Counted from the first letter of the stretch, positions 13,540 to 25,092 are shown. The stretch is DNA of 64,000 nucleotides from Octopus sinensis (GCF_006345805.1 NC_042998.1:123876001-123940000); one strand, 5' to 3'. The notes: generated from the letters alone by a model not told the origin. Numbers and translations: made by a program.

Positions 13540-13705
13540 CACACGTGCACAAAATATCATGTACCAGTCGTCGAAGTGATATGTGAGCAACGCGTGACGA
13601 AATATTTTGCTAAAGAAAACAATACGCCATCCGGCTCATTGATTGAAACCACGATCTCGCGTTCATGAAGGCAACACCCTCACCACTAGGCCATGCATCT
13701 TCAGA
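13540..13705 (-). mobile_element. Degenerate tRNA-derived CORE-like SINE
   Basis: Minus strand TGGCCTAGTGG (A box), GGTTTCAATC (B-box-like), TTTAGCAAAATATTTCGTCACGCGTTGCTC; same family as 2680-2899. Confidence 0.65.
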
Positions 13706-13736
13706 TACTTAGACACATATATATTATATCATATAT

Positions 13737-13799
<63 letters not shown>

Positions 13800-13800
13800 A

Positions 13801-14965
13801 CACTGGGTGTTGAGGCAGTTACTCAACAAATCAAATGTGGACGTAATATACCTTTATTTTGCAAAACCTTTTGGCAAGGTGGATCACAGCGTGATATGTC
13901 ACAAACTGTGTGATCTCGGCATAGCTGGAAAACTTGAAGGGTGGTTACATGACTTTCTGAAAGATAGAAGTCAGGCAGTAGTGGCTAATGGAGCCACCTC
14001 TATGAAAACACAAATAGTGAGCGGTGTTCCATGGGGCACTGTTTTGGGACCACGGCTTTTTATAGTGGCCCTCTCAGATATGCCATCAAGTGCCCAGATA
14101 GCCACCCTTGCAAGCTACACAGACGATACGAAAGTCTCGCAGAAAATACAGAAACCCAGCGATGTTGCACATCTGCAGCAAGTGTTGGACTCAATATACA
14201 GATGGGCTGAGGATAATAATATGCAGTTTAATGCTGAGAAATTCCAAGCCCTGCGCTACCAGAGTCCAAAACTGAATATGAAACTTACAGGATACACTGG
14301 TTCACAGGGAATCTAAATCCCAGAGCCTAAATCAGTGAAGGACCTGGGTATCGACATGAGATGATACATCTTTCTAAGTGCACATTACGAGGATGGCGAC
14401 AAAGTGCAGACAACTGCCTGGATGGATCCTGAGAACATTCAGAACCAGGGTTAAGGAAAACATGATGGTCCTCGGAGGACATTCGTCCTCAGCCGCCTGG
14501 ATTACTGCTCACAGCTATGGTCACCCAACAGTGTGAAATTAACAGCGAACCTTGAAGCAATCCAGAGAAGATCGTCTCTTTGCAACTGCTCAGCTACTCT
14601 ACTCCTGGAGAGAAAGCGGGAGAGGTATGCAGTTATATATATCTGGAAGATCCTAGAAGGAATTGTGCCACATTTTGGTATTGGAATCTACACCAACGCC
14701 AGGACGGGACGACACTGCATAGTGCCAAAGATCCCAGCAACGCCATCGCGCTTCAGGACCAGTTACAGCAACAGTCTGGGTTTCAGGGACCCAGAGCTTT
14801 TTAATATTCTTCTAAAGAGCCTGAGGAACCTGCACAAAGTAGATGTGGGAGTTTTTAAATGAAAGCTGGACCTCTTCCTGTCGAGAGTCCCAGATGAACC
14901 TACCTCACGGCAAGAGGTGCAAATGAGTGTAGCTACACCAAACTCCATTCTTCACCAAGTGTCAC
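13801..14965 (+). mobile_element. 5'-truncated CR1-like LINE reverse transcriptase, degenerate
   Basis: VDVIYLYFAKPFGKVDH (D-F-x-K-A-F-D motif), SGVPWGTVLGP (GVPQG), YTDDTK (YADD), MQFNAEKF, DYCSQLWSP, LLERKRERYAVIYIWKIL. Confidence 0.9.
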
Positions 14966-15085
14966 ATATTGGAGGAGGTTGTCAGTAACAACAGTAGCAA
15001 CTCAGAGCTGAAACTACAGAAAAAAATCATATATACATATGATTCTTTTATACATACATACATACATACATACATACATACATAC

Positions 15086-15245
15086 ATCACCGTGACCGAC
15101 CAGGCTATCAGATATTGCTACACATCGCTGGTTACAATGCGCTTCGCAGTGTTTTAGCCCTCAAATGACGCCACCTTGCAGGCTAAGCGAGCAAGCCAAC
15201 AGAAGAAAGAGTGAGACAAAGTTGTGACGAAAGAGTACAACAGTG
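15086..15245 (-). mobile_element. Truncated SINE related to 7719-8110 but with a different 3' tail
   Basis: Minus strand TGTACTCTTTCGTCACAACTTTGTCTCACTCTTTCTTC matches 7867-7903, then diverges. Confidence 0.65.
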
Positions 15246-15249
15246 ATAT

Positions 15250-15300
<51 letters not shown>

Positions 15301-15517
15301 GATAAGCAAAAATAAATCTCTGACCGAGATATAAACAGTAACTGCACGACAATATGAGGTAGATTTGCCATCTCAATATGGCTAACCATTAAGGGTGGGT
15401 GTTACTGTAGCTTGTAGCCCCAGGAGAACATCTCCTCCAGCTGGCTATAGGCACACTTTCCATGCCGTCTCGGTATTTGCAAGGGGAGGTCATCCTTCCC
15501 TCTCAGCCTAAGTGATA

Positions 15518-15562
15518 CGCACAGACTGCAGTTTCTGGGTATTGACCCGTCATCAGCGTACG
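15518..15562 (-). ncRNA. Minimal type I hammerhead ribozyme motif (core intact, C-A mismatch at first stem II pair)
   Basis: CGUACG CUGAUGA CGGGU-CAAU-ACCCA GAAA C-UGCA-G UC^ UGUGCG: 6-bp stem I with wobbles, palindromic UGCA loop III, GUC cleavage triplet. Confidence 0.75.
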
Positions 15563-15577
15563 AAAACAGGTGATTGT

Positions 15578-15622
15578 CGTACGCTGATGACGGGTCAATT
15601 CCCAGAGACTGCAGTCCGTGCG
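15578..15622 (+). ncRNA. Mirror hammerhead motif, probably inactive (GAAA to GAGA)
   Basis: CGUACG CUGAUGA CGGGUCAAUUCCCA GAGA C-UGCA-G UC^ CGUGCG. Confidence 0.6.
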
Positions 15623-15862
15623 TATCACTTAGGTTGACGAGGGAAGGATGACCTCCCTTTGCAAATACCGATATGACACAGAAAGTGCGCCTATAGCCAG
15701 CTGGAGGAGATATTCTCCTGGGCTACAAGCAACAGTAACACCCATCCTTAGTGGTTAGACATATTGTGATGGCAAATATACCTCATATTAATATATATAT
15801 ATATATATATACATACATACATACAGTTCACAATGATGAAGTAGTGAGTTCGATATATATAC

Positions 15863-15948
<86 letters not shown>

Positions 15949-15951
15949 TAC

Positions 15952-15985
<34 letters not shown>

Positions 15986-15991
15986 TATATA

Positions 15992-16048
<57 letters not shown>

Positions 16049-16078
16049 TTGAGTTGTGGGGTATCGCACGAGTGGGAT

Positions 16079-16291
16079 TATATAAGAAAAAAGGTTTGAA
16101 AATGCAATTTAAACGATGTTTATTTACCTAACCGGTTTCACTCTTTGGTAAAAGATTGTCAAAAGTTACATTTAAGGAAACATTGAATGTTTCCTTAAAT
16201 GTAACTTTTGACAATCTTTTACCAAAGAGTGAAACCGGTTAAGTAAATAAACATCGTTTAAATTGCATTTTCAAACCTTTTTTCTTATATA
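16079..16291. repeat. 213-bp near-perfect palindrome of a PLE terminal-repeat end
   Basis: 106-bp arms centred on G16185, one mismatch (16128/16242). Each arm holds a decayed hammerhead (UUGACAA...GAAACCGGUU) followed by AATAAA. Flanked by (TA)n. Confidence 0.95.
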
Positions 16292-16764
16292 TATATATAT
16301 ATATATATATTAATTTTCCACAAATTTTTCAATACGTCTTTTACTCACAATTATTTATATTTACTATGCATATGCGTGTAAATTTATGTTTATATTTGCG
16401 CAATAACAAATTCTCATTTGCCTACTAACTATTCGATTCTATATTATTTTACGATAGCATTAATTAAAATACTATTTACTTTATAATATTAATAACTAGA
16501 CGTAATATATTACTACCTACATTCATATAACATTCACAGTTACTTTTATGTGATACTTAATTATACTTTAGAGATATATATTTTTTATTACCATATCTTA
16601 TCGTTTATTTCTATTTTCATTTTTATAATAACTTCTATAAATGTACTACCCCCACCCTTGTAAGGTTTATACCATGTTCTTTCTACAACAAATTTATCAG
16701 TTTGGGGATTTGTTCGCTACGCTCAACTCACAATAATATGAAAATGTAAGGGTATATCTTTTTT

Positions 16765-16850
16765 CACCTCCGACGAGATTCAACTTTAAAATGTTTTTAA
16801 TTATACTATTTAATTTCTAATGTCTTGAATCGAAATAGCTATCAGGGATG
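16765..16850 (+). ncRNA. Type I hammerhead-like motif with 41-nt AU-rich stem II loop, one core substitution (U4C)
   Basis: CACCU CCGACGA GAUUCAA...UUGAAUC GAAA U-AGCU-A UC^ AGGGAUG; perfect 7-bp stem II; AATAAA about 20 nt downstream. Confidence 0.6.
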
Positions 16851-16919
16851 ATGTCCAATTTTGTAATTAATAAATAATTATTTATTTAATTATCTCTATT
16901 TTCTTAGAAATATATATAC

Positions 16920-16975
<56 letters not shown>

Positions 16976-17086
16976 CATAATAAAGGGCCAAACCCTAAAT
17001 GATTTTTACCAAGTGGTCAGTACGAAAATAAAACCTCGTAGATAAATTTTATAAATATTTTATAATTATGTACATAATTATGTATC

Positions 17087-17175
17087 GAACTGGCAGAATC
17101 GTTAGAAAGCAATATTTCATCTGCTCCTATGTTCTGAGTTCAAATTCCGCCAAGGTCGACTTTGCTTTTCATCTT
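17087..17175 (+). mobile_element. Truncated SINE copy
   Basis: CTGGCAGAATCGTTAG...GTTCTGAGTTCAAATTCCGCCAAGGTCGACTTTGCTTTTCATC. Confidence 0.75.
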
Positions 17176-17215
17176 ATAGGCGCAGTGGTGGCTGTGTGGT
17201 AGGTAGCTTGCTTAC

Positions 17216-19275
17216 TTCCGGTTACCCAGAATGCAACACTAGTTGGTCTGGGATGTTACAGTGACAAGATGTGAGATTTTTTGGGCTACGTGAATAGAAA
17301 AAATAACAAAAAGAAAATTGTTAATTATGGCTCGCTATAGCTAGCAAAATACTGGGATCTTATCACCGTAACGGTGAATTGAGAATTTTGTCTTGGAAAT
17401 TATTTTTGTAAATACTAGTGGGCGTATCACGCCAGAAAAAGTACAAATTTTCCGAACTTCAAGAATAAGCCATTTGGATTACCTTTTTGGAGTATTATAC
17501 AAATGATTCCCTGTCTGTGCTATTTGTGAGGTTTTTCTTTTACTTTTCACTTATATTTTTTCTTTCTTTCTAAATTTTGGTTCATTCTTTTCATTACTTT
17601 AATTTCAGTTTCCTTCCCTCCTCTTTTATTTTGTTTTATTTTTATTCGACTTAATTTTTTGGCAGACTGTCTTTTGAATTACTTTTGAACTGTTTTTTGA
17701 CATGGCAGAGAAGGAACTTAAAAAGAAAAACTATGTCTTAGAGTGGGAAATTAACCCGCCTAAGCAGTGGTTAAAAGATATGGAGGAGAAGACGATGGTG
17801 CTTAGAACTTATTCTAAAGTTCTTAATTCCATCACCGTCTACCCAAAACAAGTTATAAGAAATGAACTTGAAGACTATTTGTCCTCTTTAAAATATATAT
17901 CCCGTGGTGTCAAACATGCAACCGTATGGTTGCTGTTTGACAACGGGGAAAAGGCTCGCCAGTTTGCGAGTCAGCCTTTAGAAGGCAAGGAAATTCTGTT
18001 CATATTGCAGGAGGAAATTAATAAGAGCCTGGGTATGTGGGTTGCCCCCAGACACCGAAGCGGATTGGATTGAATATACCATCCGACGGGGACTGGGGGA
18101 TGGCGGGCCCAGGCTCTTAAATGTAAGGGTATTGCCGGCGGTCGATTGGGAAGGGTCAAAAGCAATTTTGACCATGTGGACCCCATCAGCCGCAACAGAT
18201 CTGGTTTCTCCAGATTTCTTGAAAATGGATGGCTGCAGGTATCCGGTGATACTTGAGGGACGTCCCCCCAAGTGTCACTCGTGCCTGCAGCCAGCCATAT
18301 TAAAAGAAACTACCCCCAGGACCATGGTAAGGTCCTGGAACAGTCACTAGATGCCACCTCCCCTACCCGGTCAAAGGGAGAGGTGGATGTGGTCGAGGGG
18401 GCTTCAGCCTCCTCAACTCAAAAAGGATTAAAAAGGAAGAAGGCAAGCAACAATAGTTGCCCGCCGAAGGAACCCAAGGCTTCGGAAGGCGGGGGAGAGT
18501 CTCCGGACAAAGCGGAAGAGCTCCACACTCCCGAAGTCAGGAAGAAAAGAAAAAAAAGAAGGAAGAAGAACGGCTCATATCAGCGGGGAGATGATGTGCC
18601 GTCTGTATGTCCCGAAGTTGTGCTACCTACGATGGAAGAAACCACCCCCACCCTTAAAGATGATCAATTAATTATCTTTTTCTATAAGGGCGGGGAGGTG
18701 GAAAAAATAGTAGAAGAACATAAAGAGACAGTAGATATGCCCTTCACACGGGATCCCGAATGGCCTCCGCAGATAGCTTTGGAGGTCATAAGGTTTCCCT
18801 TGTGGGAAATACTTAAAGGATTTGGGGAGGAGTGTCGCATATGGCCGGGTGGCCCTTACACGACTTACATGTCCTACATGAGTGAGGCATGGGAAATGGC
18901 GGAATACGGGAACTCAAGCGGAATTGAAGATAATGATGAATATATTGATGGATATATCGAAGAGTAGGAGGTGAAAGACCCTCGTTATAGGGTTTGAAAC
19001 CTCATCTTATTGTATTATTTGTAGTGGTTTATAACCTCAATTGTGTGTTTTAAAAAAAACATGTTAAGTAAGAGGTTTTAGTGCCTCCTTCTTGTAAGAG
19101 GTTTGAAACCTCATATTGATTTTTTAAAAAAAGAAAATATGTTTTCGAGAAATATCCAATCGGCGGGTCTCTCATTTATTCATTCTATTTCATTTTCATT
19201 CATTAATGTGTTTGTCCAGCCCGCAAAGCTACACACTCTTTGTACTGTCTATGATGACAAATTTTATGAAATAAA
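17216..19275 (+). mobile_element. ORF1-only non-LTR retroelement (L1/Tx1-like) with 13-bp TSD
   Basis: GTAGCTTGCTTAC duplicated at 17203-17215 and 19276-19288; 5' UTR with T-rich tract; gag-like ORF1; no RT or endonuclease; ends ATGAAATAAA. Confidence 0.75.
17702..18967 (+). pseudogene. ORF1/gag-like nucleic-acid-binding protein with CCHC knuckle, two frameshifts
   Basis: ORFs 17702-18073, 18042-18350 and 18272-18967 join into one protein of about 420 aa: RYPVILEGRPPK-CHSCLQP(fs)HIKRNY (CX2CX4HX4C, last C to Y), basic tract RKKRKKRRKK, acidic C-terminus. Confidence 0.7.
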
Positions 19276-22200
19276 GTAGCTTGCTTACCAGCCACATGGT
19301 TCCAGGTTCAGTCCCACTGCGTGGCACCTTGGGAACATGTCTTCTACTATAGCCTCGGGCCGACCAAAGCCTTGTGAGTATATTTGGTAGACGGAAACTG
19401 AAAGAAGCCCGTCGCATATATGTATATATATATATGTTCATGTGTGTGTGTGTTTGTGTGTCTGTGTTTGTCCCCCACCCCAACATCGCTTGACAACTGA
19501 TGCTGGTGTGTTTACGTCTCCGTAACTTAGCGGTTCTACAAAAGAGACCGATAGAAAAAGTACTAGGCTTACAAAGAATAAGTCCTGGGGCCGATTTGCT
19601 CGACTAAGGGCAGTGCTCCAGCATGGCCGCAGTTACATGACTGAAACAAGTAAAAGAGTAAAAGAGTAATATATATATATATATATTCTCTCTCTTTGTA
19701 TATGTATATGTGTGAGTATGTACATGTATAAATATATTCAGTAACGAATGGTCAGTAACACTTCTATGCAGAAGATATCCAAACTCCATAGCATGGAAAA
19801 GGCTGGTGCATGGAAGAACAGTCACTAGTTTGGGTGTGTTCGGAGAATAAAGGAATCTATTTTGCCAAGACAAAACTTATTCTCACTTTATTTAGTTGTG
19901 AATGAAATCTATAGTAAGCCAAAACTGAATGTGTGGAGGTCGACGGTCGATACCTCTACACAGAATCCGTAACTGAGAAAGTGATCATAGTATCACTTAA
20001 TTCTTGACTGAAACTATGACTCAGGACTTTTCGTCTAGAATAGGAACAATATCGACGGCCATCGACTGGCCATCTGTGATGGTATCTTGATAATATTATT
20101 TAACACACACAGACACACACACACACATGCACACAAAGGCACACGCACATATGTGATATAACATCTTATATAACATATAGAATATACGCACAAGTATTGA
20201 TGAATATAATATCAAGATTCCTTTCCAACTTTATTTAATCTTTTGGTTTGATGTCTTACATGTACACAATGCCTACCGTTGTACTGAAATAATTTATAAC
20301 CCGGTGAATGTGAAACTCAACCGTTTATGAATTGGACGTATACATTGTGAAAGATACGTTTGCATTAATACATTCTCATGCACCATTTAATTTAATCAAG
20401 GATTTTTCAAATAATTAACATTTTTACAGAAAGCTATGAGATCATATTGAACTCAGAATCTGCATGGATAAACCTCGGATATGAATAAAGAAATGAATTA
20501 CTTCGATACAGGCCATGCTGACATTATAATTTATGAATTTAATAACGTTCAAGTACAGGGAATATTTATATTCAAAGTGGAATAGATATGAGAATAAAAG
20601 CCTGAATACAAATTTACATGTAGCTAAATGAGTAAACCACACACAGAACTTCACACAACAAGCGAAACGTACTAACATATTTGTCTTCATAGAGTTGAAA
20701 GCTTCATATTAACCGTATTTTCTAACATATTAGCACGCATCATGATCGTTATTGCAAACAATAAAGCTAGCCGATAAAAAGTGACTTATAAATAATGTTG
20801 AATAGGAGAATTATAAAGATATATAACTTACAATATTAAGATTCTGTTAAATTAACTATGTATCGTAACTATTCAAATATGCATAAATTGTGAGAAATCT
20901 CAATATAGTGTGTTCGGTTTTGTGCTAAATATATATTGAAACAAAATCAAAGAACGACTTTAATGGAAAATTATAGCCTTATATTTTGAAAGATTCTCCT
21001 ACCCTTTATCTCTTTTAGAGCTTTATGAAATTACCATTTGCGTTATAACAATGAAAATATAGTAAAACATCGCTCGTTATAACACAATGAGAATATTAAC
21101 GTTTTTATTGCTGGAATATTTATCTTCTGCTCCATATTTTGTCACTTAATCATCTCTAGATATTTCAAAGATAGTAAGAAAATTTCTAGTTCAATGTAAA
21201 GTGATCCAGAAATAAATGGTTTCACACTAAAATTATTATATAGAGAGCATTTCCGTATAATTTTCCTTGCAGCTCCAGGTACCCAAATAACAAACAACAG
21301 CAATAAAAAAAACATAACCAATAAAAATATGGAAAGAATTCATTTAAATTGTTTTTCACGGTTTTCTTTTAACGCGTAGGCGTAATAAAATTTGTAAGGT
21401 GTAATAACGTGAGTAATCATTCATTATATACCAAGTGCGGAAAGGTTTCATATACAGATGTTAGATTACGTCTCGATTTTCATGGTGCTTATTTATATTC
21501 TACTCCCATTTGAAATTCAAATCTACGTTTTGCAATCATAAAAAAAAAATATCGTTTCTAATACTCAAATTCATAACTATAAAGTACATCGTATATTATA
21601 TATAATATAATTCAATTTTCAGACTTCTTTTTTATTTGCTCTATACACTTAAAATTTCAAAAGTACATCCGGCTGGTTATTGACAAAAGCTCTAAGAAAG
21701 AGAAAAAATACAATTTTTGTTTAGTTGTAAAGCGGTATACTAATACGTAGGTGTATCTATCAAATCTGATATTTTAACTTGTAAACCTGCATTGCATTAT
21801 GTTTCTTTATCTTTTTTTCTGGTAGGAATATTTTCAGTAAGTTGATATCCACTTCTCTGTTTCTTTTTTTTATAGCCAGGTAAAGAAATATACTTTCGTT
21901 TGCCTTTTTGATTATATTTTTGAGGTTTCCTGTATATTATTCAATATCAGTTGTACGCCAGCAATATTTATTACAAGTGGATTGGCATCATATTTAAAAA
22001 TTTCCCCGTAACCATTCGGCATAATATTCTATGAATTGCTTCCAGGACGAAAGAAGTTTAGCCAAACACTTTTCATTCTCCGTATAATATTTATATTGAT
22101 ATGAAACATTACAAAATATTGACTCTTTTAGGAAAATATTAATAAATACGAAATGGCAAAGAATTAAAGTGACAATATACAGGTAGATAGCTTTCTTGTA

Positions 22201-22404
22201 ATACTTCATATTCCATATGATAATTCCTTGCGTATATCTGCTAGTTTTTCATGTAATTTACAGTCATTTTCCACTACAATAACAGGTGAGTCAGATTTTT
22301 TAAATATAGTACTTGTTGGATTTTGTTTGGTATACATACATACATACATACATGCATACATACATACATACATACATACATACACACATACATACATACA
22401 AACA

Positions 22405-23030
22405 TATAAAGGGTGCAGTGAATAAACGGTCGTATAAATTACGCAAAAATGAAGATAACACTGACATCGCATTTTAAATACTACATTTAACAAAATGATA
22501 TAAAAATATCTTGTAATACTAAAGAGTAAATTTATTCAACCACGGCTTCTAGACGACTTCGGATTCTCCTGCAACTCTTCTGGACGGTCTCCTTGTTTAA
22601 GTTGGTGGATGCTTAATCCTTGCCTTCAGTTCATCTTTGGTGTTGCAAGGAGTTTGGTTAATTTATCTTTCACCTCAACCCACACATAATAATTGAGGGG
22701 TTGTAGTCTGGGGCGTTAGGTAGCCAGATGGTTGGGTTGATGTAGCCCCAGAAATTGTCTGACAGTCACGACCGGGTTCTCTTTCTTGTGTGGCATGGGG
22801 CAAAGTTTTGTTGCGAGATATCGGGTCTTCCAGTAGCCACCGTCTTGATCCAGGGCAGCACTATCTACATCATGCACTTTGATGCAGGCCTCCGTGTTGA
22901 CTCTGAGGCCGTGTGAGAAGATGGCTGGAGGCATAACGTCACCATCATAAGTGATAACTCCAAACACCATGATGTTGACTGGATGATTGATTTTTATCAC
23001 TCTCGGTACATATCCTCAGATTGCACTGTT
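22405..23030 (-). mobile_element. Tc1/mariner (maT-like) transposon 3' half, degenerate
   Basis: HPVNIMVFGVITYDGDVMPPAIFSHGLRVNTEA; decayed WPPN(S)PDYNP-L-YYVW motif near 22680-22740; TIR-like AAAGGGTGCAGTGAATAAA at about 22407. Confidence 0.8.
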
Positions 23031-23287
23031 CTCAGATTGAAACGGAAACACGCTGAATTATTCGTATTGTCGTTTCCAAATTTCTGGTAGAGTGAATTTC
23101 ATTATGGTGCTGCTTTTCTCACAGATGGTGCCCAACTGCCCCTGCTATACTATGTGATCAAAAAAGCAAAAACAAACATTGCGGATGCGCAAAATTGTAA
23201 TTATAAAATGGCAACAATTTACCCTTCGGACCCTCTACGTATGTTTGTATTATGTATGTATGTATGTATGTATGTATGTATTTATGT

Positions 23288-24985
23288 GGGACGCGGTACT
23301 GCTGATATGGTTTTTTCAGCTAGACAGCTTCAGGAGAAGTGTGTGGAACAAATTATGGATTTGTGTCAGGTTTTTGTCGATCTGACAAAAGCCTTTGATA
23401 CTGTCAATAGAAAAGCATTGTGGAAATTCCTCCAGAAACTTGGGTGCACTGAAAAGTTCATAGCTTTGGTTAGGTCTTTTCATAAAGACATGAATGGTAG
23501 GGTTAATGTTAGAGGAAAAATGTCGGAGCCCATTTCAATACAAAATAGAGTGAAACAGGGGGATATTCTGGCACCGACCCTATTTTCCATATATTTTGCG
23601 ATGGTGTTCTGTATTGCATTCAGAAACTGCAGATACGGTGTTTACGTCCATTATCGAACCTCTGGCAGCATATTTAATATCGGGCGCCTTGCTGCAAAAC
23701 AAAGGTATTTACCTCTATCATAAGATACCTTTTGTATGCAGATGATTGTGAGCTAGTAGCACACACAGAAATTGATATGCAACACATTTTGAATACATTA
23801 TCTGATGCTTGCACTGCCTTAGGATTGACAGTCAATCTCAAGAAAACTGTTGACATGCATCAACCTGCCCCTGGTAAGCAGTATAGTGTACCAAATATCT
23901 ATGTGTACGGTAAGCGACTTGATTTAGTTGATCAGTTTGTCTACTTCAGAAGCACTATTAATAGATATAGCAATTTGGATGATGAAATTCCATATAGAAT
24001 TAGGAAAGCAAGTGTTGTTTTCGGAAGGCTAGAAAAGTGCCTCTGGAGTCGGCGAGACATATGCAGAAAAACAAAGATAACAGTGTACAAGGCATGTGTG
24101 CCCCCTTCTTTTCTCTATGCCTGCGAAACATGGGTCACATATCGAGACCACCTTAAACAACTGGAACGTTTCCATCAGATGTGCCTCAGACAGATCTATG
24201 GCATTACGTGGAAGGACCGCATCAGTGATCTTGAAATATTGGAAGGCTCTCGGTGTGAAAGTATAGAAGCTCTTGTGTTAAAGCAAAGGCTCAGATGGAG
24301 TGGTCATCTGGTCAGGATGAAGGATTCAAGGATGCCAAAACAACTTTTTTATGGAGAGGTAGCTAAAGGAGAACGACCTCCACATAAACCAAAAAGGAGG
24401 TATAAGGACTCGCTGAAGGCTTCCTTAAGAGATGCTTGCATCTCTCCTGGCACATGGGAAGACATAGCTATTGATCGTAGCAGATAGAGAAGGATTGTGC
24501 ACGAGAAGACAGCCACTTCTGAGAAATCTTGAGTTGCACATGAGAAAGTAATGAGGGATGTCAGGAAGGGCATCGCTGTTACACTTCCAGATGGGAAGGG
24601 TCTTCCTCTGCTGCTGACATGCAATGTCTGTGCAAGACCCTGCCTCAGTAAAGCTGGACTCAAGAGTCATATTCGTAGTCATAAAGCGAGACAGATGAGT
24701 GACAACCTGGTCACTGGTTTGGTGTAACACATCATACAAATCATATCTGCCGGGCATGTGGAAGAGAGTGTAAGTCAGCATGAGGAGAGGACTTAAACGA
24801 CATGCAAAGGTACACGAAGCCCAGTTACAAATACAGCCGGCTATTACCGGTAAATTTTTAGTTGCCAATTCTGTACAAGACATTGTAGATCTTTAGCTGG
24901 GCTAAAAAGTCACATTCGATCACAGCACCAGTAACAGTTAAGCTTCGTGCAATGGCCATACTCGATAACGAGGGAGCAGCCACAA
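23288..24985 (+). mobile_element. 5'-truncated RTE-clade LINE (RT plus C-terminal C2H2 fingers)
   Basis: GRGTADMVFSARQLQEKC, FVDLTKAFDTVNR, VKQGDILAPTLF, MYADD, LYACETW, RLRWSGHLVRM...RMPKQLFYGE, C2H2 fingers 24620-24928, 3' end GGCCATACTCGATAACGAGGGAGCAGCC. Confidence 0.92.
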
Positions 24986-25051
24986 TGTATGTGTATATAT
25001 ATATATGTGTGTGTGTGTATACTCACACGCACACACACACACACACACACA

Positions 25052-25092
<41 letters not shown>

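Larger units (their letters stand above)
15351..15789. repeat. 439-bp fold-back inverted repeat (212-bp arms, 15-nt spacer)
   Basis: 15351-15562 is the reverse complement of 15578-15789 with about 20 differences counted by eye. Confidence 0.95.
17178..19668 (+). mobile_element. tRNA-derived SINE split by an insertion (head 17178-17215, remainder 19276-19668)
   Basis: Head GGCGCAGTGGTGGCTGTGTGGTAGGTAGCTTGCTTAC resumes as GTAGCTTGCTTACCAGCCACATGGTTCCAGGTTCAGTCCC; internal microsatellite; tail GAAACAAGTAAAAGAGTAAAAGAGT. Confidence 0.85.

Noticed and set aside
18968-19112. CRISPR-like repeat-spacer appearance
   Set aside because: Repeats are only 15-16 bp and divergent, spacers are irregular, there are no cas genes, and the context is a eukaryotic retroelement.
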